Assembly (NCBI GenBank): GCA_028023455.1
Contig: JAQFVV010000005.1
Coordinates: 6,386,001-6,450,000 of the forward strand
Length of the DNA stretch: 64,000 nucleotides
Reading direction: 5' to 3'
Source: Epiperipatus broadwayi
Lineage: Eukaryota; Animalia; Onychophora
Positions 37,096 through 50,330 of this stretch are shown here, piece by piece. Below the pieces are notes generated by a model. It ran no database searches. It had not been told where the DNA came from and worked only from the letters and a program-made list of their open reading frames with translations. Made by a program: the position numbers and the translations under genes. Positions within the stretch are counted from its first letter, which is position 1, and every line of letters starts with the position of its first letter.

Positions 37096-40000
37096 GATTT
37101 CCCCCCCCCCTTCTTTCAAAACTAGAGACATTCCAAAGATAAAAACTAATATATTTAATTAATAGGGGCTTTACTAATGAATAGCTATGGTCAATTAGTG
37201 AATTGGATTGATTTAATAATGAGACAGAAACTGATATATGATGAATTATATTTATTGACAATTTCATATATACTTGATATAATGCACGCAGGCATTTTAT
37301 TTACTAAACAACATTTCTCTAGGCCATTTAGCAAAATAAATTTGTGGCTATTATTTAATTGCGTTAATTTTATGCTATATAATAAATCACTACATTCCAG
37401 TTATGCCCTTTCATCATCAGTTCGAGTGGCTATTATACATGTAATCAAACCAAGTCTGGAGTGAAGCTTAGTAATACATCTGATTATGATAAATTTATAT
37501 ATTAAATATTGACATATAAAGCCTCACAGATAGCTTTAGATCAAACGGGTTTTCAAGAATGCTTCTGTTCAATGCCGAAGATTGCATATTATGGAGGTAG
37601 AGTTGGCTATAAAGATTTTACTAATACGCTACGCACAAGTAAAATATAATAATAAAGTGGCTCTACGGATGGATGAATAGATTTTAGGGTTTTCGTGACC
37701 AACACCGGTTTACCCAATGACCGATTGTCATGCTTCTAAAAGGGAACCTTTATTTGGTTCATTAGAGGCAGGGGACTTACATACTAATCTGGCCCTTAGC
37801 TCAGTCTTAGCTACTGCACTACCCATAAGAGACGAAGATGAGCTGGACTTACCATGGCTCCATCTTATATATATATATAAAAAACAGCACAACGATAAAA
37901 TATTGATAAATTTCACATCCGCCAAGCCGAAGTATATTATAAATTGAATACCATACATTAAATGAACATTAGTTTATCAGCTTGATCAAAAAAGCCAACT
38001 CTTCTGTAGCATGAGAAATACATATATGCTACTGACGGGAATATATATATATATACACAAACTTTACTTTATCCCGTTCAATCTTTTAGTTATCTATAAT
38101 TAATAAACTTTTAAAGGGGGAAAGTATATTTAAGGGACTTACGAATACTTTAATAAGAAAAATATACTTATGATTACACTCCGGGCTAGTTTAATCTTTA
38201 GTAACATAATAATTAAAGGTTGAAAGTTTGGATTTATAAGCCACATTTTATATTTACATTAATTATTTACTAAATGACAAAATAATAACGAGCACAAAGG
38301 ATCGCCATTATTTATAAATTAGGGTTTCGAAACGGAGCGCTAAATGACGCTATAATACAATACGAAGATTTTAAATAATATCTTCAAAAAGAATATTCGT
38401 AAGTAAATGGGCGCCGTTTCGAGACATAGGCATAATTAATAATAACTAAAATAAGCAAGAGAGAAATAAATATAACTGCAGTGATTAAGTTATATAGCAA
38501 AACAAGAAGTTAATAAAGGAAATTAACAAAAGTATGTCATTTATAGAATTGAAATATTATTGATAAGACAATTTAGAAAGAGTTTACAATATAGTTAGCT
38601 AACCTGATTTTGAAGCAATAATGATTATTTTGAATTTTACACAGAGCTCTGCGGTTTTAATAATTTTAAAACAGTTCTCCTATAGCTGGACTCGAGATAC
38701 TCGAGCTGGAACGAAGGTGAGTTCTTTGGCGGCTTATGGCATCTTCTCTTTTGTAGGGAGATGATTTAAGATGGTATTCCTATAGCTGGACTCGGGGTCG
38801 TTGAATTTGAACAATAGTGAGTTCTTTTAATGGCTTATGGCATCTTCTATTTATTATAAGCTTGTTAAGGCAACGTTGGTTGTTGCTCCGGCCTTGGATG
38901 GATCAAATTCCGACATTCCATCACAGGAAAGGCAGCAAATTCTTGCCTGACTAGTAGGCCATAGATAAATTAACAAATTTCAGCTTCTCATAGTAACAGC
39001 TCTTCAAAAGCAAGATGGAGTATATTCCCGCTTAAAATCTAGCCTATTTATATATATCCACCAAGCCTTAACACCTTTTTGGAATTTCATTTGCCTCAGG
39101 ACCAATCAACTTTTAATTAAACCAAATCATATAATATAATTTCTACTACTGATAAAGTCTCCAAGGTGTTATTTTTAATTTACTTAAAAAAATTATTAAA
39201 ATATATAAATTATATAATTTTGATTCCGATTTCATTAATTAAATTTCTTTTTAGGTGTTATAAAATGTTAAGGCTTATCAGATAGTAACGGTATTCTGAT
39301 TTAATGATAAAATCTTTTGTTGAAACAAATTCAATCAGTGAACTAGATTTTACTTTTACCCCAGGTGCGGTCACTAATTGATTTCTTGTTTACACAAAAT
39401 TCCCATTTTTAATTATAAACCAATGACTTTTATTTTAACTTGATATAAATAACTTTTACATATTTTCTTTATATTGTTTATTTTAAAAAAAAAAAATTTG
39501 ACAGATCTTATAAAAATATATTTTAGTTTCAATTATATCTATAAAACATTAAATCAGAAAAACGTGAATATATTTTAAAGAAAACATTTTACATTATTTT
39601 TATTTAATCTTAAATATTATATGTACAAATCATTATGCCATAATTTCATGGTTTAAATTATCCATCCACATACGAATATAATACAAATATAAAATTTAGA
39701 ATTGACTTATAGATTAATAAAATATTTTATGAATAATTATGAGGATTTCTACACTATAATTTTATCAAACCTGTCTAATTATAGCGTACTTTCGTATGTA
39801 AATGGATGATGCCATTCAAGCGGCCATGATAGCAAATTTCACTGTTCGACTTATACATAACATTTTGCCATTTAGAATAGATTCGAAACTAGTTCAGACG
39901 AGTAGGTCATTAGGTTGATGGTGAAACGGAAAGGGGTTGGAAGGTTTCCGTTTCAATACAAGCCTAACATAAGCATCAAACATTCATATCTATTTCAATG

Positions 40001-41340
40001 GACCCTCATGCATTCAGTGTTGCTCTTAATAATTTAAATGCTGTTGACTGCAATGTTTTTTCTTAATCTTTTAAACAAAACAATCCAAATTTCAAAAATA
40101 ATTCCTCAATCTGTGTTTGTTTTATAGACCATGACATTATATTAAATGTATATATTTTTTAACCTGCAACTTAAATCTGTGTGATGCCACTCTCACATAT
40201 CTTGGATTACTGTCCTATCTTCATTAATTTGCATCTTGGGTTGCTTCCTTCAAAACAGAATCTTTTTGCTATATTGTCATTTCTGAGTCTGTATAATATT
40301 AATTTTAATAAATTTATTATTTACCAAAGATAGTAAAACTTGAATGGTTTATAAATTTATTTAGATCGTATATTACAAATAATAGATGTATGTGTATACA
40401 TAAATTGTACTGTAAACTTCCTTTAAATTTGAACTGAATAGATATTTTAATATATTTAAAGGAGAGTTTGATTTGCTTTTTCTCCAGTAGTTTGATCTTC
40501 GAATTATTGTTTGCCGTGTAACAGCTTTTTAAAATAACACGTTTGCGAAATATTAATTGAAAGATGTATAAACCAAAATATAATTTGTATTACTTTAAAA
40601 GTTATTGGATAATATTGTTTGAAAGTGTAAAAAAAAAAAGTTTTACAAACAATCATCTTTTTAAACAATACAGTTTTGAAAGAAGGGAAAAAAAATTAGC
40701 TTTTTTTACCCCCCTCCCCCCGATTGTCGTAAAAATTACATTTTTTTTAATTTAAAAAAAAAAAACACTTTTAGAGTAAATAATTAAAAAAAAAAAGATT
40801 GATTTTTAAAAAGAAATAATTTAAATATACATCCATTTATAAAACTGTGAAATAGCATGTGACACTATTAAGTTTGAACGTATATTTAAATAGTTGTAAC
40901 TTCTTAATTAATCACACCTGTACATTATACGCCAGCCATCTTTTAAGTAGTATGTATATAAACTCTATCAGTGTGTTGTTTTTCCGTGTGTAATGTGGAG
41001 AAACAGCGCCACGTAGTGGGCTAGAATCTTGGTAGTTTCTGGTAGCAGACGACACATAAGCTAGATGTGTTTATGGCAATCAGTGCCACCTAGGTTCTTG
41101 GTAGTCGCTGGTAGCAGACTATGTAAGCTAAAGGGGCTTATGCATTGTGACCAGCGCCACCAAGCGGGAAGCTCTGCTGCCAGCCAGCTGGTGGAATGTT
41201 CCTGTGCTTACGCATTGTGAACAGCACCACCTATCGGCTGGAATTTGATTGCTGCATTTGGGACCCCTACTCTAAGTATTTCTGTGGTTGACCCTGACCA
41301 GCACCTCTGTTGGTCACATGGGTCAAAAATCACAAGTACC
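36441..41340. mobile_element. 4.9-kb non-autonomous DNA transposon with ~680-bp TIRs (Merlin- or MULE-like)
   Basis: TIRs at 36441-37123 and 40672-41340 start GGTAC and contain internal subrepeats (GTCTGCTACCAG..ACTACCAAG twice). Exact 8-bp TSD AAATTTAT (36433-36440, 41341-41348). No transposase ORF inside. Confidence 0.88.
38678..38850 (+). repeat. 100-bp-period imperfect tandem duplication
   Basis: CCTATAGCTGGACTCG...GTGAGTTCTTT...GGCTTATGGCATCTTCT starts at 38679 and 38779. Confidence 0.85.
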
Positions 41341-41348
41341 AAATTTAT

Positions 41349-42700
41349 TTATCACCACTATTGATTTAATTATTGACTATTGAAAATGATTAGAAAATTT
41401 TTATCTGTTTATAACTATTAAGATTCGAAATCAAATCAAATGTGTAACTGTGGAATCAGGATCTGAAAATATTAATAATTATTATACTACAAACTATCAC
41501 AAATTTGTTATATTAAATCACAGAAAAGGATAATCAATCACGGAAAGTTATCATACCTACCTGCATAAGAGAAAATTGATTTATTATGTTCTAGGAAATA
41601 AATCAATTATTTTATATAGCGCGAAGTTTTATAAACTGTAATAGCTAAACAGCATTAAGCTGTTGCACATGCGCTTTGCAGATTTTAACTATAAATGACT
41701 GAATACAAACACTTCAAACACATGATAAAGTCTTTGGGAAAAGATAGAATGGCCTTCTATCTTTTCCCAAAGACTTTATCATGTGTTTGAAGTGTTTGTA
41801 TTCAGTCATTTATAGTTAAAATCTGCAAAGCGCATGTGCAACAGCTTAATGCTGTTTAGCTATTATATGTTCTAGGAAAGTGGAGTGTATTCTATGCAAA
41901 TTATTTTAAATCATCTTAAATACTGTGAGATTTATTTGACATTTGAATATTCAACTTATTCTTATGCAGGAAAACAACCTATATTACTGAATTAACGTAA
42001 TGAAATTTTGGGCATTGATTTTTATGGGCCTCTCCTACCTTTCTATAGATTCAAATTCATTCTTATTGTATATATTTTTTTCAAAATATATATCTAGTTA
42101 TCCCATTATAAAAGTTAATACAAGAAGTGTAATTAAATCTATGCAAGACTTCCATGAGTTGGAAATCTAATCTATTTTAACTGATCATGATACTTCATTT
42201 ATATCCAGTGAATTGAAAGAAATGAATAGAAAATTAAGAAATTAAACATATATTGAGAGTCATGCCTGAGTTAGAGAGATTGTTTAGGGTATATTTAAAG
42301 GGAGATCATCTGAATAGGGTAAAAAAAATTAAAAGTGGTGATCAATTATATTAATATGATTCAAAAAGAATCAATTATGTTTTTACCCATCCATTTGCAT
42401 TTTGGATGTAATGAGCCTTTGTTGGTTAAAATACATGCCAATAATCCTAGAGGAAGTAAATAATGATTTAGATATAAGTAAACCTCAAAATAAGTCAAAA
42501 AGAATTTTTCAAGTTACTCCAAATGTTTTTAATGATTTTGTTTTAGTAGAATTTTTCCAAGTTAATGACTCAGAAAAGCACAAGTTCAAAGGGACCATTC
42601 CAAATAAAGAAGATTGGAGAAAAGTTATTATTAGAAACTTGAGATGGTATATAAGGTACCTATAATGCAGGAAGTTTAAAACCTTTGTCATTTCCTAAAT
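41349..42700 (+). mobile_element. Decayed Gypsy LTR retrotransposon, 3' part (integrase)
   Basis: EILGIDFYGPLLP (42002-42040) and TDHDTSFISSELKEM (from 42180) match the D and DxG-xxF integrase motifs. It continues the pol remnant left of the long-TIR insertion. Confidence 0.75.
41599..41865 (-). mobile_element. Fold-back hairpin retroposon, family H1 copy 2 (perfect 111-bp arms)
   Basis: Arms 41639-41749 and 41755-41865 are exact reverse complements around TGGCC. A 40-bp tail (41599-41638) and a 14-bp TSD TATGTTCTAGGAAA (41585-41598, 41866-41879). Confidence 0.9.
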
Positions 42701-43714
42701 AAAGGAATATTTGTCTCATTGTATGCTGAACGAAGTGTATAATTTTATTGTAGTAATGCTAATGTAAGTCTAAATGCTTATATTTAGATATGGAAATATA
42801 GTAATTTATTGTGGAAACAAAGATATATGAGTAAAATCTTTTTTTCAGGTATTTAAGATTTCCCATTCATAAAGATTAATTTGCTGCTAGAAATAAAACT
42901 AAATATAATATTTAAAATAATCAAGTATTTAGAAAGTCTTGTTTGATTTGTAGTTAATAATAATTTATAGTTAATAAAATTTTAATAAAGTAAGAAATTT
43001 TTTTTCATGAAGTCGAGGCAAATGTAATATATGGGACCAATTAAATTTAATAATGTGTACAATTTAATTTTTTTTTTAGCTTATTACAAATATGATATTA
43101 TTAAGATTGAATAGCTTATTAAAACTTCTAACATGTCATATGTTGTAAGCTTTTGAAATTTTTAGTATCAAATTTTGAATTCACAGTAAAACAATATTAA
43201 AGTTTATTTTTTGTTCAAACACTCACACTATGTTAGAAATTAATAAAATTCAATGCACTGCAAAACAATATTTAATTTGTAGATGAATGATTTTATGTTA
43301 TGTATGTGTGTCTATATACACACGGAAATAAAATAATATTTATTAAAATATATCTGCAAGGCTATGGTTGAAGGAGGGGTGACTGGAGTACCCATCGGAT
43401 GGCACGTCTGCATACCTGGTGCTTCTCCTAGCAAGAGTCCCAACTCTTGTTTTTCTACACGCACCCCTCGGTGTTATAGAATGGTCTTTTGATTGGCCAT
43501 CAGCTGCCCATGTAGTAATCCATATCTAGAGTTCCCATATCCAATTCTTGTGATCAGTTAAAGCATTTTACATTCCATTTGTATATTTTTAGCCATCAGT
43601 TTTCATTATCATCAAAACTGATCAGGAAGTAATATTTTTTACTTAGCTTAGATGTATATCTTTTAATTAATACTATTTATACACACACATACATTTACTT
43701 TTACACATATAATA

Positions 43715-43985
43715 TCATCAACCATTATCAATCCACTGCAGAATGAAGGTCTCTCCAAGTTTAATCCATCTTTTCCAATTTTTAGCTTCTCTTCTCCACA
43801 TCACCCATGCACACTTTCTTATTTCATCCATCCATCTCACATGTGGTTTCTTTCTGGATCTTTTACACTCTCTTGGAATCCAGTTTAAGATTTCAATTGT
43901 CCATCTATTATCATCTCTTCTAGCAATATGTCTAGCCCAACTCCACTTCAGTCTTAATTTTTTCAATGAGGTCAGTAACATATAT
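43715..43985 (-). mobile_element. RTE-clade LINE 3' end
   Basis: ORF 43718-43981 has LKWSWARHIARRDDNRWTIEILNWIPRECKRSRKKPHVRWMDEI...W...LGETFILQW, followed by a short TGATGAT tail. Confidence 0.85.
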
Positions 43986-44701
43986 CTTAATAAATATTAC
44001 TTTTATTTGTGTGTATATAAATGTACACACATACTTAACATTTTGTAATAGTGATTTATATATAATACTAAAATGATTTAGAATGATTAGTATAATTTTA
44101 GTTTAGTACTTGAAATGTATCATTGTGCATGTATATTTATCATTTCTATTTTAAATTTATAGAAATATTTTTAAACAATATAATTTTTTTATTTAATACT
44201 TTAAAATAAAGTGATCATTTATTATGATGATAAATAAAAGAAAGGTGATTTATATTAATATTTATAACTTATATGTTTTAATTTATTGGAACCATATAAT
44301 ATTTTACTTTAAAATAGTTATTTAATATTATAAAATATCAAATATTTTTATTGATAAAGAACACAATTATTTCTTGAAAGGATATTTTCAAAAGCAAAAT
44401 TGACGATTGTGAAATTTTTAAACAATAGAATTTTGTTCCCAAGGACAAGTAAGTTAAAATATTGAGTGAAAAATGGAAAAATTAATATACCACTACAGCT
44501 ATGATGGCTTAAAGCATGGCATGAAATAGGAGTTTATATATAGAACTAAATCAGAGATTATTTCCTTATGTTCATTTTTTACGTAGGCATTCATCATATG
44601 TTGTATTTTGAATTTATTAGTTAATAGTATCCATTTTAAAAATGGAAGTCCAAAGCTGGAGAAACATTTGCTTTAGGGCAATAACCCATCAGGATTGTTT
44701 T

Positions 44702-44820
44702 TTTTTTTTTTTTCATATGTTATAGCATCAGCCAGGAAGTGAACCCGCGACAACTGTCTGCAAGCAACTGCTTGCTTGCAAGGCTGCTACACTGATCTTT
44801 CAGCTACCAATGCTTGACTT
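44702..44820 (-). mobile_element. tRNA-Gly-derived SINE, copy 2 (internal duplication in the anticodon/variable region)
   Basis: Homologous to 20340-20430 and 63598-63688, with poly(A) and TSD AGGATTG(T/C)TTT (44691-44701, 44821-44831). Confidence 0.75.
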
Positions 44821-47800
44821 AGGATTGCTTTAAGTTGATATTTCAGAACATTATAAATCAAGAATGTTATAAATTAATGGACATGAGGAATGTTTAAAAT
44901 TAATTTAATTGAAAATTCATAGAGCAAATGCTTCTAGATTTTATCTCCATAATCTAACCAAGGCAAGGAAAACAAATCTACTACAGATAAATAATTTATT
45001 GTTCTAAACACCTGCATTAATTAATGACTCTTTTCTTATAAAAGGAATACTTGTATCATTCTAAAATTTCTTCAAAAAGAAAAAAACATTGAGGGAATTC
45101 TAATAATTGCATTGTACTAAAAATTTTTTGAAAAGAAAAAGTATGAGGCAATTACTTCAGTAGAAAATATAGATTTTTAAAGAATTTTATTTACTAATTA
45201 GTATTTTTTTTTTGTTTATTATTAAATAAAATATACAATCTTCATGATATATGCTTTCCAAATAGATATCTCAGATTAAAAAATATTTTGCAAGTTAAAG
45301 CTTATATTTATATTTAGGATTATGTTATTTATTTGTGTGAACATTTGTTTTAAAAACTTATTAAGATTAATATTTAGGACTATTTTCTATATGATATTAT
45401 GGTTTATTAACATTTCAAATTTTGGTAGTTTAGTATTTTTCTTGCTATGACGTATTATGCTTAACATATTTTTTTACCGGTAAAATTTCATCGAAGATTA
45501 GATAAACGATGTCATGGCAACAAAGACACTGGCATGACTGATCCATGGGAATAGTGATTTTTTTTCATGGTGTCCCATGAGATTTAAAAAGTCAAGAGAC
45601 CTATGGGAAAATTTGTCATTTCTCTGTCTTTTGCGGTTTTGATATTGACGTGAGCACAGTAATTTTTTTGAATGTTTTCTGGTCTTTGTAGTGGTGAGTT
45701 TTCTTGGATATTTCATGCTGTACAGCCTTTATGTATTGCCTAAACATGCATTATTGTAACACCACATATATTTTGTAGAATTATATATATTAAAAGAATT
45801 TGAGATATAACAGTACCCATGTTTATACTATATAATAAAGTAGATATAATAAGTGGAAGCATATAATAAAATAATGTTTGTATAAAAGAAGTGCATATGA
45901 ATAGAGGCCTATGCCATTCTAGTGTAGAAAATTAAGATTAGATAAAGATATTGAAGTGTTATAATTATTTTATTAGAGCACATTTTATACTTCAATTAAA
46001 TAGCATTTTTTAATACATTTAATTCATTTGACAACACGAAATGAAACAATTATACATATTTCGGTAATAAGAATACACCTGAATTCAGAATATTATTTCA
46101 TATTCCAAGAAGATAATCCTAGAAAATGTCTTACTATTTATTTATTTATTATTATCATCCAATATTTTTTACCATTATTTCTTATTTTCTATAACTAAAG
46201 CATATTTTATATTTATTCAAATTTACTTTACCTTTCATATCTTTGCATATTCATATCATCACATGATTAGGTAAATTTATGGTCACATAATATTTTAATA
46301 TATTTTTCTATTTTTATATAATTTTTAAAATTATAATTAAGTAATCATCAAGAATATTCAAAGATAATTGAAGAATTAATGAAAAATGTGTAATTAATTA
46401 TTATAATTTTATTATCTGCAATATAGTTAAATAAACATTTGAATACATATATAGATAAATTTATTTACATAACTTTTGTTATTAAACCCATATCTTAAGA
46501 TTACATAAATATTTAATTATTGAATTTTAATTTTTTATTTTAATTAGATTAGTAATTATGTCTTACTTATTGAAAGTAGCAGTGTCTTTTTAACTAGGGA
46601 ATTATAATGCTCATTTGGTCAGTGCCCTATCACAGAAAGTCAATGAAATTATGTGGCTGAAAAAATTATCTGTATCTTTAGTTTTGTTCAGGTCTGATTA
46701 TTTATTTGTAAATTTTTATTTGTCTTAATGAATTTGAAAGATCATTTTTTCAAACATTAATTCTTTTAATAAATAATTTATGAAGTTATGTGATAGAACA
46801 GTTAAGGAAAAAAGGCTATTAATAATAGATTAGTACCTTTTAATGTTTAACTTTTTTTAATATTTAGGTTAGCAGTAAATAACTTCTGAAAAACAGCAGG
46901 TTGAAAACATCTTGAGTGTGATGATTGATGTGATATTCATTGTCCGCCTCAGACCATAATTAATTTATGTTGAACTTGTTGAACTCATTTAAGTTTTTTT
47001 GCGAAATCGTATATGTCATAAACTGATGATTAGTCTCTGCAATGTTTAATAAAGCTATTTCCTGCCTCCCCTCCTATTAACTTTTAAAATAATTATTATA
47101 TATTATTTGTAAATATTAGTTTTACTATATGATCATGCTGATCCTTTAGAAGTAGTATACAGAAAAAAAACCATATAAATTGATATTGGCTTTGATTCAT
47201 CAGTAAAATTATTAATGTCATTTGTAGTGATAAATCATTATAGATTTTTATGAGAGAAAAAAAATAGATATTGACAAATAGATATTTTATTGAATATTGT
47301 AAACTAATAGTAATAATTAAACATTTGGGAATCTTGTGGAGATTGACATATTAATAGTCTATACATTGTGAGGGTTAACAGATTAATAGCCTGGAAATTC
47401 TGAGAATTAATAGTTTGTTTTCAGTCTGGTGAGTGACTGTTAATCTATCTTTAAAAAGTAGTCTGTCTTCTTAATACTTTTAGTAAATAAAACACTATTT
47501 GGTTAAATAATCCAAGTAGTGACTCATTGATTAAAGAAGAAAGTTTGAACTCAGATTTAATTCCATTTAAGTTTTGTGCTTTTCTCTTTCAAGATTTTTA
47601 TTGGGTGAAATATCATGTAAGCTCATAGTTAATATTTTTCTAATTTCAAAAATTATAGTTGTAATGAAATAATATTAGATAAGGCATATATTTTTTCTAA
47701 ACAAATAATATATGGAAGACAAACTACATTTTTATTGAAATATGTAAACTCTGCGATAATGTTGTGTTTTGATTCATATATAAAAATTTGCAATTAATTC

Positions 47801-49199
47801 AGCAGTGAAAGAGGGTAAATAATTTCTACATTTGTTTCTTTCATTGTGATTATTACATGAAATGATTTATCATTTATATAAATGATAATGTTAATTTTTT
47901 TTGCATGGTTTTCTTTATTTCAAAACGGAAATTCTCTCAAGTAATAAATAAATTTGTTCCTTGACTTAACTTCTCACAACTTTTTTAAAAAATAATTTTA
48001 ATAGGATTGTCATAATAATTAATGTTTTTTTAAATGTCATTAATTTCATTTATATCTGATTTTTAGAGGTTAACCTATTGATAGATGTATCTTATAATTC
48101 AAACATTTTTAATACTTTTGTTGATCTATTACAAACAATTTTGTTTAACTTTTTCGAAATGGATCTTTTGTGTACATTCTTACTGTTAATACTCCTAGAA
48201 AATTGTATTTGTTAATTGAAATTTTGTGAAAAATATGTTTTTTCTTAAATATCAGAAATGATAAATTAATCAATGCCTACAAACATTTATGAAAAAATAA
48301 TTCTATAATTTTTTTCCAGAGAAAAATCACTTTTTGATGATGAGAACATCAAGTCATGATTTGAATATGTTTAGATATTTTATGACGTGTCTGATTATTA
48401 TTTCTTATGGCGCATTTATTAATTTAATGCTACTATTATTCCATAATAGAAAATTTGTCTTCTCTAAGTACTTTTAATATACAATTATCACTTTAAACTG
48501 AAGATAATTTTCATTTGACCTTCTTTAGTGACAACTGCAATAGACAATCTTGTTGAAAAATGGAGCTCATGATTTGATCTTGTTTTAATGCCACAGTTAT
48601 AGTTTTGAAAACAGAATTCTATATCTATTTACATTCAGCAATTCACTGTATTATACAATTTTTTCCAACTTATCTTTCTCAATTTATATATCATCTTTTA
48701 AGTCATATTTATTTAGTAAATAAACATTGATGAACAATTTAACGAATGTCCTAAAACAGAACTATTTTATTTTGCTGAGACAAATACGGATGGCAGGGGA
48801 ATGAAAATATTAAAAGAACTTTTTTAATATTTTGACAACTAAATCTGATTATAGAATACATTGATTATATGATATCCATAATTTGTATATATTCTTGTCA
48901 ACTGTATTCACTATAGTTCTTTTATTTATAAAGTTTGATTTTATAATCAATCTTTATTTTGTTTACTAACTAAATTATTTGCTTTTTATGAATTGTGTTT
49001 TTGCAAAGAATTTCAAATTAGCAGCTATAATCTTAATACTTTGATTACAATGTGAATATTAATATGTTTTTAGATGTGATTCAGTTTTATATATCTATAA
49101 TCACTGCCAAACTTATGACCAAGATTATTGTTGAAATTTTATCACTTCTACTTTAACTAATTAGAATGGCTATTTGATGGTAGAACCTGTCTGTTATTA

Positions 49200-50330
49200 A
49201 AATGAAAATATGGTGAACCTAAATTAAAATAGTGGGAAGAGACAGTTATCAAAAATTATTTTGGAAATATATGAAAAATAGAAATAAGGAAAAGAGATGT
49301 TATATTGTTAAATATAGAGTATGAAGATAGGAGAGAACTTTAAGAAAATACTTAATGAATTTGTAATAAAAACTTTTAGTAATGAGGATTTGGTAAGAAT
49401 TTAATTTACAAAATGTCAGATGCAAAAGTGAATAGATCAGCAGACAGATTGGAAAAAAAATGAAAGGAGAAAGACTAAATAATATGACAACTGAAATAGT
49501 AGTAAATATGAGAGAGATGCAAGACTTGGTTTAAAGGAAAGTCCTAATGAAATTATAGTTGACAATAACATTTCATGTGAATGGAAGGTTGTGTGAATTA
49601 GATTATCACATAAAGGAAAGGGAAATGATTTTGTTCACTAATTATAGACAAGTAATAATATCTTCCATAGTTCTTAAATTATTGACATATTTTCATGGAT
49701 AGTGTTTAGACTTTATAGAAAAGAGGATAGGGAATAATTTATTTGTTACATCTCAGTTCATTGAAATATAAATGATTAATTATATGTTGCATTTTTAGAT
49801 ATAGAAAAAGTTTGTGACAGAGTGGATAGAAGAGATTATGGAAAAGTAAAAATATAGGAATAGACTTAGAGTTAATAAGTATTTATAAGGATAATGTTAA
49901 TAAATACCAAGTAAGGGGTATAAAATCAATGAAAACTAAATGTGAAATTAGATTAAAATTGATGGCCATTATCATCCTTTTTTTTATTTCTAGGACAATT
50001 GGAGAACAATATATAAAGATTAGGAATGATGATTCTATACTTGGAATTATAATTATATATTATATGGTACCTTTATTTTGCAGATGAAAGTTGTTTTTAA
50101 AGAAATGCAGAGAGACAAGAAAAAATATGAAAATTAAATTCAATGAAGATTACTGATCAGTGAAAATAAGGAAATATTATTAAGGAATAATAAAATTTAC
50201 TGTATTGTAAAAAGTGAATAAAGAAAAGTGTATTAAATGATATAATATATATAATCAATGTGTAAAGGATCAAGAAGTGAAGAAAAATTATGATATATTG
50301 CATTCCAATATTTTAACTTTTGAAATCAAC
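49200..50330 (+). mobile_element. Heavily decayed non-LTR (RTE-like) reverse transcriptase remnant
   Basis: YVAFLDIEKVCDRVDRR (from 49783) resembles FxDxEKAYDxV, and YFADE (~50073) resembles LFADD. Boundaries are approximate. Confidence 0.6.
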
